From a virus (lineage: Duplodnaviria > Caudoviricetes), in IMG/VR virus record IMGVR_UViG_3300032236_000195, positions 647-64,646 of that record: 64,000 nt of DNA; one strand, given 5' to 3'. Below the pieces are notes generated by a model that was not told where the DNA came from, made no database searches, and saw only the letters and a list, made by a program, of their open reading frames with translations. Made by a program: the position numbers and the translations under genes. This document shows positions 55,617 through 64,000 of the stretch, piece by piece. Position 1 is the stretch's first letter. The number at the start of each line of letters is the position of its first letter.

Positions 55617-55883
55617 CGAAAACGCCCGGAAACGCCCCCCTAGGCCCCCCACCCCCCGGATTCCCGCGATGGGACCCGCTCTCCCCCATACCCTAGGATA
55701 TGCACAAATAACCACTAAATTTCCCAAATTCCACGTCGCTGCTGCCCCCTTACGTAAATTTTTCTAGAAAATCCCCAAATTATATGTAAAGTTACAACTC
55801 TTAAAACTCCTCTTTTCCAGACCGCCCCCACCCCTTGTTCTATAGAAACACCCCCCTTATGGGACCCAAACCTCCCCTTTTTC

Positions 55884-55911
55884 TTGCATAAATATATTTT
55901 TGTGATACATT
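55884..55911 (+). promoter_or_regulatory. Promoter of packaging/structural operon
   Basis: TTGCAT-N16-TACATT with TG extension, 7 nt before ATG 55919. Confidence 0.45.
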
Positions 55912-55918
55912 TGCGCAT

Positions 55919-56488
55919 ATGACTGCGATTGTTCCCCCCATCGAAGAAAACATTCCTCTCCCAGAGAATGCGCGGGAGGCTTTTCCTGAGTTGACGCCCA
56001 CTCAGGAATTGAACATGCGTGCGAATGTTGTGAAGCTAATGGCCGATTTGACGGGTCAGGTGCTCACGCCTACTCAGGAGAACGTGGATCAGGCCAACGA
56101 TCTGGCCCGTCAGATGATGACCGACCCCAAGCACCGCCCAGAATTTGGCCGGTATCCAAATGAGACCCTTGCTTATCTTGCAGGGATGGTCGCTCAGATG
56201 AACGTATCCATCGTTGAAGAGCTTTCTGACCTAAAGATGTACGTGGTCAACAAGCTTGTGATGGAAGTTGAGAACGCCAAGGACGCCAAGAATCGTATCT
56301 CTGCCCTATCTAAGCTAGGGGAAGTCGATGGCGTTGATGCGTTTAAGAAACGCAGCGAGATGACGGTCAAAGTTCAGACCATCGAAGAGGTTGAGAAAGA
56401 ACTTTTGCTGACTTTGGATAGTCTGGAGTCCAAAGTAATTGATGTAGAGGCTAGAGAGATAGTGCAGGGTAATGCAACTAACTCCTGA
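55919..56488 (+). CDS. terS: Probable terminase small subunit
   Basis: Immediately upstream of and overlapping terL; helical, RI.AL..LG....V..F motif. Confidence 0.6.
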   Translation: MTAIVPPIEENIPLPENAREAFPELTPTQELNMRANVVKLMADLTGQVLTPTQENVDQANDLARQMMTDPKHRPEFGRYPNETLAYLAGMVAQMNVSIVEELSDLKMYVVNKLVMEVENAKDAKNRISALSKLGEVDGVDAFKKRSEMTVKVQTIEEVEKELLLTLDSLESKVIDVEAREIVQGNATNS

Positions 56489-57986
56489 AAAGCTATTCAA
56501 GCTGCGGCAAGCTCTCCCTTCTATGCCGGAGAAGCAGAAACGTCGCACTTTAGAGCTAATCAAGATCTACGAAGCAGGTCTAACGCAGGATCTGGCTAAA
56601 AACTCGTTCTTAGATTTCGTAAAACATGTCTATCCGGGCTACAAAGTAGGCCCACACCACCTGAAATTGGCTCAAATCTTCGAGGATATAGCCAAAGGGT
56701 TAAAAAAACGCGTAATAGTTAACATTGCGCCGCGACATGGTAAATCGGAACTCATATCCTACCTTGCACCGGCGTGGTTTCTGGGGAGACACCCAGAGAA
56801 AAAGATCATCATGTCCTCACACACTGCTGATTTGGCGGTGAACTTCGGTCGAAGGGTGCGGAACTTAGTAGGATCGGAGAACTATCGGGATATTTTTCCT
56901 CAGATAGAACTACAGGCCGACTCTAAATCGGCCTCAAGATGGGGTACGAACTTCAATGGCGAATACTTTGCTATTGGCGTTGGAGGTGCTCTCGCTGGTA
57001 GGGGCGCTGATCTGTTCATTATTGACGATCCACATTCTGAACAAGAGGCCAAAACCGGAAGACCCGACGTTTTTCTACCTGCTTGGGAGTGGTTCCAGTC
57101 TGGGCCTCTTCAGCGCCTTATGCCGGGTGGTGCGATCATTGTTGTGATGACTAGATGGTCAAAATTAGATTTGACCGGGCAAATAGTCACGCAGATGGAC
57201 CGCGAAGAGGGTGTAGATAAGTGGGAAGTGATCGAGTTTCCCGCCATTAAAGACGATGGCACCGCACTTTGGCCTGAGTTCTGGGATGTAGAAGAGCTTT
57301 TAGCTAAGAAAGCTGCTCTTGACGTGCGGTATTGGAACGCCCAATACATGCAGAAACCCACCTCTGAAGAGGGGGCGCTGATCAAAAGAGAATGGTGGAA
57401 GATCTGGGATAAAGACGACCCACCACAGTGTGATTTCGTGATTATGAGCCTAGACGCGGCGCAGGAGACCAATAATAGGTCTGACTATAACGCGCTTACG
57501 ACTTGGGGGGTCTTCTATAACGAGGAGACCAATAATCACGCCATTATTTTGCTCAATGCCATCAAAAAACGGATGGAATACCCGGACCTCAAAAAGCTAG
57601 TGCTAGAAGAGTACAAAGATTGGGAGCCGGATGCGTTCATGGTCGAGAAAAAATCGAATGGATCTCCGCTGTATCAGGAATTTAGGCGAATGGGGATTCC
57701 TTGTCAGGAGTTTACTCCGGGCAAAGGACAGGATAAGATAGCCAGAGTTAATGCCGTAAGCGATCTATTTGCATCAGGTATTGTTCACGCGCCCGACCGT
57801 AGGTGGGCCAAAGAAGTTATTGAGGAATGCAATGACTTCCCAAGCGGGGCAAATGATGACTTGGTAGACTCGACCACCCTTGCACTGTTAAGATTCAGGC
57901 AAGGCGGATTTTTGCGTTTGCCGTCAGATGAACCTGACGAGGTATTTAGCTTCTTCAAATCACGCAAACGCGCCGCGTATTACTAA
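56472..57986 (+). CDS. terL: Terminase large subunit
   Basis: NIAPRHGKS, Walker B IIDDP, MTRW, nuclease D...SDY...VE.K...HD-type NDDLVD. Confidence 0.95.
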   Translation: MQLTPEKLFKLRQALPSMPEKQKRRTLELIKIYEAGLTQDLAKNSFLDFVKHVYPGYKVGPHHLKLAQIFEDIAKGLKKRVIVNIAPRHGKSELISYLAPAWFLGRHPEKKIIMSSHTADLAVNFGRRVRNLVGSENYRDIFPQIELQADSKSASRWGTNFNGEYFAIGVGGALAGRGADLFIIDDPHSEQEAKTGRPDVFLPAWEWFQSGPLQRLMPGGAIIVVMTRWSKLDLTGQIVTQMDREEGVDKWEVIEFPAIKDDGTALWPEFWDVEELLAKKAALDVRYWNAQYMQKPTSEEGALIKREWWKIWDKDDPPQCDFVIMSLDAAQETNNRSDYNALTTWGVFYNEETNNHAIILLNAIKKRMEYPDLKKLVLEEYKDWEPDAFMVEKKSNGSPLYQEFRRMGIPCQEFTPGKGQDKIARVNAVSDLFASGIVHAPDRRWAKEVIEECNDFPSGANDDLVDSTTLALLRFRQGGFLRLPSDEPDEVFSFFKSRKRAAYY

Positions 57987-57995
57987 GGATATAGC

Positions 57996-60584
57996 ATGGC
58001 TATCGACAAGGCGTTGTATCAAGCTCCCCAAGGAATTGGACAATTAACGGGGAATGAAGAGCCTATCGAGATTCAGATTGAAGACCCCGAAGCAGTAAGC
58101 ATTAAAGCTGGCGATACTGAACTTCGGATGGAGAAAGAGACCGACGAGGATGAATTCAGCAAGAATTTGGCTGAAGACATGGATGAAGCAGACCTCACCA
58201 TGCTTGCGGGTGAGTTGACGGCTGATTATGAAACAGACGTTGCGAGCCGTAAAGAATGGGTTCAGACCTACGTAGATGGTCTTGAATTGCTGGGTTTGAA
58301 GATTGAAGAGCGCATGGAGCCTTGGCCCGGAGCATGTGGTGTGTACCACCCGTTGCTTGCAGAAGCCGTTGTCAAGTTTCAAGCGGAGACCATGATGGAG
58401 ACCTTCCCGGCTATGGGGCCGGTAAAGACGCAGATCATTGGCAAGGAAACGCCAGAGAAGAAGAAAGCCGCTGAGCGAGTTCGTGATGACATGAACTACC
58501 AGCTCACAGACGTAATGAAGGAGTATCGCCCAGAACATGAACGAATGTTGTGGGGTCTAGGGTTGGCTGGGAACGCCTTCAAGAAAATCTATTTTGACCC
58601 ATCTTTGGATCGGCAAGTGGCGATGTATGTCCCAGCCGAGGACGTTGTGGTCCCATACGGGGCGTCAAGTCTAGAGTCTGCGGAGCGCGTTACGCATGTG
58701 ATGCGCAAAACCACTAATGATGTACGTCGGCTACAGCACGAAGGGTTCTATCGGGGCATTGACTTGGGTGAACCTGCCCGAGTTATGGACGAGGTAGAGA
58801 AGAAGATTGCCGAGAAGCTTGGGTTCCGCGCGACTGAAGACAATCGGTTCAAGATTCTGGAGATGCAGGTTGAGCTTGACCTGAAAGGGCATGAGCACAA
58901 AGAAGGTAAAGAAGAAACGGGGATCGCTCTACCGTATATCGTCACGATAGAGAAGAGCACAAATAATATTTTGGCGATCAGAAGGAATTGGAATCCTGAT
59001 GATGAAACGTATCAAAAACGCGCTCACTTCGTTCATTACCCGTACATTCCGGGTTTCGGTTTTTACGCATTTGGACTTATACACCTTATTGGCGCTTATG
59101 CTAAGTCTGGCACTAGCATTCTTCGTCAATTGGTTGACGCCGGGACCCTCGCCAATCTACCGGGGGGATTTAAAACACGTGGTTTGCGCACCAAAGGAGA
59201 TGACACCCCCATCTCTCCGGGAGAATTCCGCGACGTAGACGTTCCTAGCGGTACGATCAAAGATAACCTGATGACGCTCCCGTACAAGGAGCCAAGCCAG
59301 ACTTTGATGGCGTTGCTGGAGCAGATTATTGAAGAGGGCCGCAGGTTTGCGGGTTCTGCTCAGCTTGAGACCTCGGATATGTCCGCTCAAGCGCCGGTTG
59401 GGACAACGCTTGCCATCCTAGAACGTACTCTGAAGATGATGAGTGCAGTTCAGGCACGGGTCCACTACGCGATGAAGCAGGAGTTTAAGCTCCTCAAAGA
59501 AATTATCCGCGACTATACTCCCGAGGAGTATAGCTACGAGCCAGAAGAAGGTAGCCGTAAAGCCAAGCAGTCTGACTACGATATGGTGGAGGTCATCCCT
59601 GTATCTGATCCAAATGCGGCAACGATGGCTCAGAAGGTTGTTCAGTATCAGGCTGCTCTACAGCTTGCTCAAGGAGCACCTCAGTTATATGACTTGCCAA
59701 TTCTGCATCGTCAGATGTTAGAAGTTCTGGGGATCAAGAATTACCAGAAGTTGGTGCCGATTGAAGATGAGATGAAGCCCCGTGATCCAGTCACGGAGAA
59801 CCAGAACATTCTCAAAGGTAAACCAGTCAAAGCGTTCCTGTACCAAGACCATAAAGCCCACATTGCTGTCCACATGGCGGCGGTGCATGATCCGCACATT
59901 ATGGAGTTGATCGGACAAGACCAACAGCTTGCACAGAAAGTTCAGGCTGCGATGTCCGCGCACGTGGCTGATCACCTTGGGATGGAGTATCGCAAGCAGC
60001 TTGAACAGCGCATGGGTATGACGCTACCTGCGTACGAGGATGATCAAGATGAGCAGATGATGTCTCCAGAAATGGAGGTTCAGGTCTCTCAGAAAGCGGC
60101 GATGGCAGCGCAGCAGATGTTGCAGCAGAACCAGCAGCAGGCTCAGCAGAAGAAAAATCAGGACATGGCGCAAGATCCTCTCATCATGCTCCAGAAGCAG
60201 GAGCTTGAGATCAAAGCGCAGGACTTGCAGCGTAAAGCCAAGAAGGACAACGATGATCTACAAGCCAAAATGGCTCAGCTTCAGGTCGAGGTTCAGCGGT
60301 TGCAGGCCCAGCATGAGTTGGAGAAGCAGAAGCTTGATATGCAGCACGAAGCTGATGGGGCTAAAACTGCACTTAAATTGCTTGGTGATCACATGCAGCA
60401 GCAAGCTCAGCACGAGCAGATGGGTCACGCAGCCGGTGTTGATCTCATCAAACATGGTAGTCAACTACATCACCAGCGGGAAACTGACCGCGAGAAGCGC
60501 GCACATGAGTACATAAGTGCTCAAGAAGAGCGCGCACATCAGATCAAACAAGCTGAACAAAAACCAAAGGCTGAGAAGAAATGA
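57996..60584 (+). CDS. Portal protein (P22-like) with long C-terminal coiled coil
   Basis: 862 aa after terL; G..FKK.Y.D, PG.GFY..GL, GTT.A..E motifs, Gln-rich barrel. Confidence 0.85.
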   Translation: MAIDKALYQAPQGIGQLTGNEEPIEIQIEDPEAVSIKAGDTELRMEKETDEDEFSKNLAEDMDEADLTMLAGELTADYETDVASRKEWVQTYVDGLELLGLKIEERMEPWPGACGVYHPLLAEAVVKFQAETMMETFPAMGPVKTQIIGKETPEKKKAAERVRDDMNYQLTDVMKEYRPEHERMLWGLGLAGNAFKKIYFDPSLDRQVAMYVPAEDVVVPYGASSLESAERVTHVMRKTTNDVRRLQHEGFYRGIDLGEPARVMDEVEKKIAEKLGFRATEDNRFKILEMQVELDLKGHEHKEGKEETGIALPYIVTIEKSTNNILAIRRNWNPDDETYQKRAHFVHYPYIPGFGFYAFGLIHLIGAYAKSGTSILRQLVDAGTLANLPGGFKTRGLRTKGDDTPISPGEFRDVDVPSGTIKDNLMTLPYKEPSQTLMALLEQIIEEGRRFAGSAQLETSDMSAQAPVGTTLAILERTLKMMSAVQARVHYAMKQEFKLLKEIIRDYTPEEYSYEPEEGSRKAKQSDYDMVEVIPVSDPNAATMAQKVVQYQAALQLAQGAPQLYDLPILHRQMLEVLGIKNYQKLVPIEDEMKPRDPVTENQNILKGKPVKAFLYQDHKAHIAVHMAAVHDPHIMELIGQDQQLAQKVQAAMSAHVADHLGMEYRKQLEQRMGMTLPAYEDDQDEQMMSPEMEVQVSQKAAMAAQQMLQQNQQQAQQKKNQDMAQDPLIMLQKQELEIKAQDLQRKAKKDNDDLQAKMAQLQVEVQRLQAQHELEKQKLDMQHEADGAKTALKLLGDHMQQQAQHEQMGHAAGVDLIKHGSQLHHQRETDREKRAHEYISAQEERAHQIKQAEQKPKAEKK

Positions 60585-60784
60585 GTTATGAGCTTCACAA
60601 AGCTATGACGCTTCTGGCTAAACGAATTGACGATAAAGTCAAACATCTCGAAGAGTCTCTAGGAGCTAAAGCAGCTAGGGATTTCAACGAGTACACAGGG
60701 ATGTGTGGGGAAATTACAGGTCTCCTCACCGCTAGATCCTTCATGCAAGACCTGACGCACGAAATGGAAGAATCTGATGAGTGA
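60581..60784 (+). CDS. Small conserved protein
   Basis: L..G.A.DF.EY...CG.I.GL pattern between portal and GroES. Confidence 0.6.
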   Translation: MSYELHKAMTLLAKRIDDKVKHLEESLGAKAARDFNEYTGMCGEITGLLTARSFMQDLTHEMEESDE

Positions 60785-61124
60785 AGAAAAGGCAACGCAA
60801 TTGCCACAACCTGCTGGCTACAAGATCCTTTGTGCCATCCCAGAGTCAGAAAAAGAGTACGAAAGTGGCATCATCAAAGCTGATGAAACTATTCGATTCG
60901 ACGAACTGCTGACTACTGTTCTGTTTGTGGTCTCTATGGGACCAGACTGCTACATGGACAAAAACAAGTTCCCCACCGGACCTTGGTGTAAGCCGGGTGA
61001 TTTTATCCTAATCCGCCCAAATGCGGGTACACGCTTGGTGATTCATGGAAAGGAATTCCGAATCATCAATGATGACAATGTTGAGGGGACGGTTGACGAT
61101 CCTCGCGGCATCAAACGTAAATAA
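60777..61124 (+). CDS. groES: GroES-like co-chaperonin
   Basis: P.GYKIL....ESGII......V..MGPD.Y......WCK.GD......G......G.EFRIINDD. Confidence 0.8.
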   Translation: MSEEKATQLPQPAGYKILCAIPESEKEYESGIIKADETIRFDELLTTVLFVVSMGPDCYMDKNKFPTGPWCKPGDFILIRPNAGTRLVIHGKEFRIINDDNVEGTVDDPRGIKRK

Positions 61125-61133
61125 GGAATAGCC

Positions 61134-62084
61134 ATGCCTAAATTTGGTGACGACTACAAGTTCCCTGACGAGATTGAAGACAAAGTTGAGGTCTCGGTAG
61201 AAGATGACGAGATTACGGTAGACATCATTGATGATGCTCCTCCAGAAGACCGTAACGTCAACCCTCTGCCAGAAACCATTAAGGACGATCTTGAGAAAGC
61301 TGACGAGTCAGCCGAGTATTCCAAGAACGTAAAGCAGAAGTTCACGCAGTACAAAAAAGCTTGGCATGATGAACGTCGAGCCAAAGAAGCTGCACTACGT
61401 GAACAGCAGGAAGCGCTTGCTGCTGCCCAGCGTATTCTTGATGAAAACAACAGATTGAAAGCTGTTCTCCAAAGCGGCGAAAAAGAGTTGATATCTACGT
61501 ATCAGACTTCCGCCGAAATGGAATTGGACAAAGCGGAGCGCAATTACAAAGAGGCTTATGACTCCGGTGATTCCGACAAGCTGCTTGATGCCCAAAAAGA
61601 AATGGTTCGCGCCCAGATTAAACTGGATAAAGCGAAAAATTTTCAACCAACTGTACAAACGCAACAAAGCAATGTACAGTATCAGCAACCTGCTCAACAG
61701 CAATTAGATCCAAAGGTTGCAAACTGGGTTTCAAACAACCAATGGTTTGTAGATCCCAACAAACGGGCTATGCGCCGGTTTGCTGAAGGGGTACATGAGG
61801 ATCTTGAAGCGCGGTTTGGCAGAGGGTATATTGGCACAGACGAATACTATGCTAATATAAACAAAGAAGTAAAAGCTCGATTCCCAGAAGAATTTGGCTC
61901 CACTTCAAAAAACGAGGCAAGTCCTCGTACAAAGCCAAGTACGGTGGTAGCGCCAGTGAAACGCAGCACTGCTCCCAAACAAGTAGTCCTGTCCCAAAGT
62001 GCCGCAAATATCGCCAAAAAACTTGGCATTACTCCTCAGCAATACGCTAAGGAATTTTTGAAATTGGAGGCCAACAATGGCTGA
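61134..62084 (+). CDS. Capsid scaffolding protein
   Basis: Acidic N-terminus, coiled coil, W...N.WF, C-terminal IAKKLGITPQQYAK. Confidence 0.7.
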   Translation: MPKFGDDYKFPDEIEDKVEVSVEDDEITVDIIDDAPPEDRNVNPLPETIKDDLEKADESAEYSKNVKQKFTQYKKAWHDERRAKEAALREQQEALAAAQRILDENNRLKAVLQSGEKELISTYQTSAEMELDKAERNYKEAYDSGDSDKLLDAQKEMVRAQIKLDKAKNFQPTVQTQQSNVQYQQPAQQQLDPKVANWVSNNQWFVDPNKRAMRRFAEGVHEDLEARFGRGYIGTDEYYANINKEVKARFPEEFGSTSKNEASPRTKPSTVVAPVKRSTAPKQVVLSQSAANIAKKLGITPQQYAKEFLKLEANNG

Positions 62085-62526
62085 AAGCAGACTTCAACGC
62101 GAGATGACCGTTAGGACTGAGCAGGAACGACCAAAAAGTTGGCGTCCCGCTGAGACTTTGCCGGAGCCGGATAAACTTCCGGGATACGCGTACAGATGGG
62201 TTCGTACCGCTACTTTGAATGAGCTTGACCAACGTAATATCTCGGGGAAACTCCGGGAAGGTTGGGAGCCTGTGGCAGTTGAAGAGCAGCCTAAATTTCG
62301 GTTTATGGTTGACCCAAATAGCCGCTTCAAAGACAACATTGAGATTGGTGGGCTTTTGCTTTGCAAGACTCCCGTTGAATTTGTTCAGCAGCGTGCAGAC
62401 TACTTTGCGGATGTAACCCGTAAGCAGACTGAAGCTGTGGACAATAATCTTATGCGCCAGAGCGATCCGCGTATGCCACTTTTCCAAGAACGGCGTTCTA
62501 CGGTTAGCTTCGGTAAAGGCACTTAA
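62077..62526 (+). CDS. Conserved head-module protein
   Basis: W.P...LP.P...GY.YRWVR.......N....REGWEPV...GGLLLCK. Confidence 0.65.
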   Translation: MAESRLQREMTVRTEQERPKSWRPAETLPEPDKLPGYAYRWVRTATLNELDQRNISGKLREGWEPVAVEEQPKFRFMVDPNSRFKDNIEIGGLLLCKTPVEFVQQRADYFADVTRKQTEAVDNNLMRQSDPRMPLFQERRSTVSFGKGT

Positions 62527-62543
62527 ATTTTTTGGAGCTTTAA

Positions 62544-63416
62544 ATGGCTTATCCGGTTATCCCGGCCCCTTACGGGCTAAAGCCGATCAATTTGATCGGC
62601 GGGCAGGTGTTTGCGGGTTCCACCCGTGAACTCCCCATTCAATACAGCTACAACACCAGCATCTTCTATGGCGACATCGTAGGTCTGGTTCGTGGCTTTG
62701 CAACCCGCTTGGTCACCACGACCGGCGCAGGTAACACCACTGGTGGTCCCGGTTCGGGCATGGTTGGGGTTTTCCTCGGCTGTTCCTTTACTAATCCACT
62801 CACGAAACAGAAGACCTTTTCGCAATACTGGCCCGCAAACACGCTGGCTGGCGATGCAGTTGCAATCGTTTGTGATGATCCTGACACGGTGTTCAAGGCA
62901 GTTATGGTTTCTACGGGAACCACGGTTGCTTCGGGAAGCTTGGCTCTGGTTGGTCAGAACCTGCAAGGTGTGGATAACACCGGCAGCACCAACACCGGCA
63001 ACTCGTCTAACGCAATGCTGGCTCAATCTACCCTCAACACGGCGGCGTTCCCATTCCGTTGCGTTGGTGTGGTGAAAGACACGGCAGTTGCTCTTGGTCA
63101 GGCTACTTGGTCTACCGGTACGACGACCCTCACGGTCAGCGCACTGCCAAGCGCTTTGCCAATCGGTACGGACGTTGCATTTCTTGCCGCTAACGGTCAG
63201 TTGGTTGAAACGGGTTCGTTTGTTTCGACCGCCGCCAGCGCGGGCGCTACCTCGGTTGTCCTCAACGCTCAGTATGGCGTTGTCGGTGCTGGTGGTACGG
63301 CTGCAACCGGTACGGCAATCCCCGCTTCGTCGGTGATGGTCTTCACCCAGTACCCAGAAATCCTCGTCAAGCTGAACTTCAGCAACCACGAGTATTACTA
63401 CGCTACCCCGTTCTAA
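62544..63416 (+). CDS. Capsid decoration/minor head protein
   Basis: APYGLKP...IFYGD.V...GVF.GC....DDP..F pattern, directly before the capsid gene. Confidence 0.6.
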   Translation: MAYPVIPAPYGLKPINLIGGQVFAGSTRELPIQYSYNTSIFYGDIVGLVRGFATRLVTTTGAGNTTGGPGSGMVGVFLGCSFTNPLTKQKTFSQYWPANTLAGDAVAIVCDDPDTVFKAVMVSTGTTVASGSLALVGQNLQGVDNTGSTNTGNSSNAMLAQSTLNTAAFPFRCVGVVKDTAVALGQATWSTGTTTLTVSALPSALPIGTDVAFLAANGQLVETGSFVSTAASAGATSVVLNAQYGVVGAGGTAATGTAIPASSVMVFTQYPEILVKLNFSNHEYYYATPF

Positions 63417-63428
63417 GGAGTCATTTAA

Positions 63429-64000
63429 ATGGCTATCTCACGCGCCCAACTACTTAAAGAACTCCTTCCGGGTCTGAACGCACTGTTTGGTCTGGAGTAT
63501 GCCCGCTACGGCGAAGAGCATAAGGAAATCTACGAAACCGAAACTTCCGAGCGTTCGTTTGAAGAAGAGACCAAGCTCTCTGGCTTCAGCGCAGCGCCTG
63601 TGAAGACTGAAGGTGCCGCGATTGCTTATGACAACGCGCAAGAAGCGTGGACTGCTCGTTACAACCACGAAACCATTGCTCTTGGATTCTCGCTGACCGA
63701 AGAGGCCATCGAGGACAACTTGTACGACAGCTTGTCTGCTCGTTACACCAAGGGTCTGGCTCGTGCAATGGCGTATACCAAGCAGGTCAAAGCGGCGGCG
63801 GTTCTGAACAACGGCTTCTCTTCCAACTATGTTGGTGGTGACGGAGTCTCGCTGTTCAACACGGCTCACCCATTGGTTAACGGTGGTACGAACGCAAACA
63901 CGCCTTCGACCCAAGCTGACTTGAATGAAACCTCGTTGGAAAACGCGGTCATTCAAATCGCTGCTTGGACGGATGAGCGTGGTCTGCTGATCGCTGCTAA
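63429..64000 (+). CDS. Major capsid protein (3' truncated by window)
   Basis: SD AAGGAG; MAISRAQLLKELLPGLNALFGLEY...SERSFEEE...K.EG..I.YD...EA.EDNLY...GDG.SLF.TAHP. Confidence 0.88.
   Translation, partial: MAISRAQLLKELLPGLNALFGLEYARYGEEHKEIYETETSERSFEEETKLSGFSAAPVKTEGAAIAYDNAQEAWTARYNHETIALGFSLTEEAIEDNLYDSLSARYTKGLARAMAYTKQVKAAAVLNNGFSSNYVGGDGVSLFNTAHPLVNGGTNANTPSTQADLNETSLENAVIQIAAWTDERGLLIAA

Noticed and set aside
53281-55620. CRISPR array or classical integron
   Set aside because: Repeats are separated by whole genes with their own promoters, not 30-40 nt spacers. No cas genes, no attC-type GTTRRRY/RYYYAAC structure and no integron integrase were seen.
62577-63956. Long antisense ORFs opposite head genes (also 25045..25797 and 31573..32184)
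   Set aside because: Shadow ORFs from codon bias of the well-supported plus-strand genes, with no SD or motifs.
1-64000. tRNA/rRNA genes and alternative genetic code
   Set aside because: No cloverleaf with T-loop and D-loop signatures was noticed in the few intergenic gaps, and all major genes are intact under the standard code.

Overview
The window is almost certainly nearly the whole genome of an uncultured tailed dsDNA phage with podovirus-like organisation (P22/T7-style portal, adaptor, nozzle and ejection proteins). It appears circularly permuted: it ends inside the major capsid gene and begins inside the gene expected to follow it. The + strand arm (55.9-64 kb, then 1-33.9 kb) carries terminase, portal, GroES, scaffold, capsid, adaptors, fibres, a lysis cassette and ejection proteins. 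The - strand arm (33.9-55.5 kb) carries a primase-helicase, SNF2 helicase, PD-(D/E)XK exonuclease, family A DNA polymerase, VRR-NUC, an AAA/VWA-metallopeptidase module and many small early genes. I saw no integrase, tRNA, CRISPR array or reverse transcriptase. The most unusual signals are non-coding or hidden: (1) an array of self-contained promoter-gene-terminator cassettes at 53.3-55.6 kb, separated by a conserved spacer containing a 22-bp box; (2) a palindrome (T/C)CCAC-N6-GTGG(A/G) found 10 times in 42.8-54.3 kb, both at promoters/RBSs and inside genes; (3) an origin-like region with iterons, IHF-type sites and an AT-rich core; (4) a structured RNA leader with an exposed anti-SD loop; (5) an overprinted gene with its own SD inside the giant ejection protein; (6) a recurrent x-A/K-x-G-G peptide motif shared by small basic and ejection proteins. 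All family assignments come from recognising motifs by eye, not from database searches, and manual motif scans were not exhaustive.
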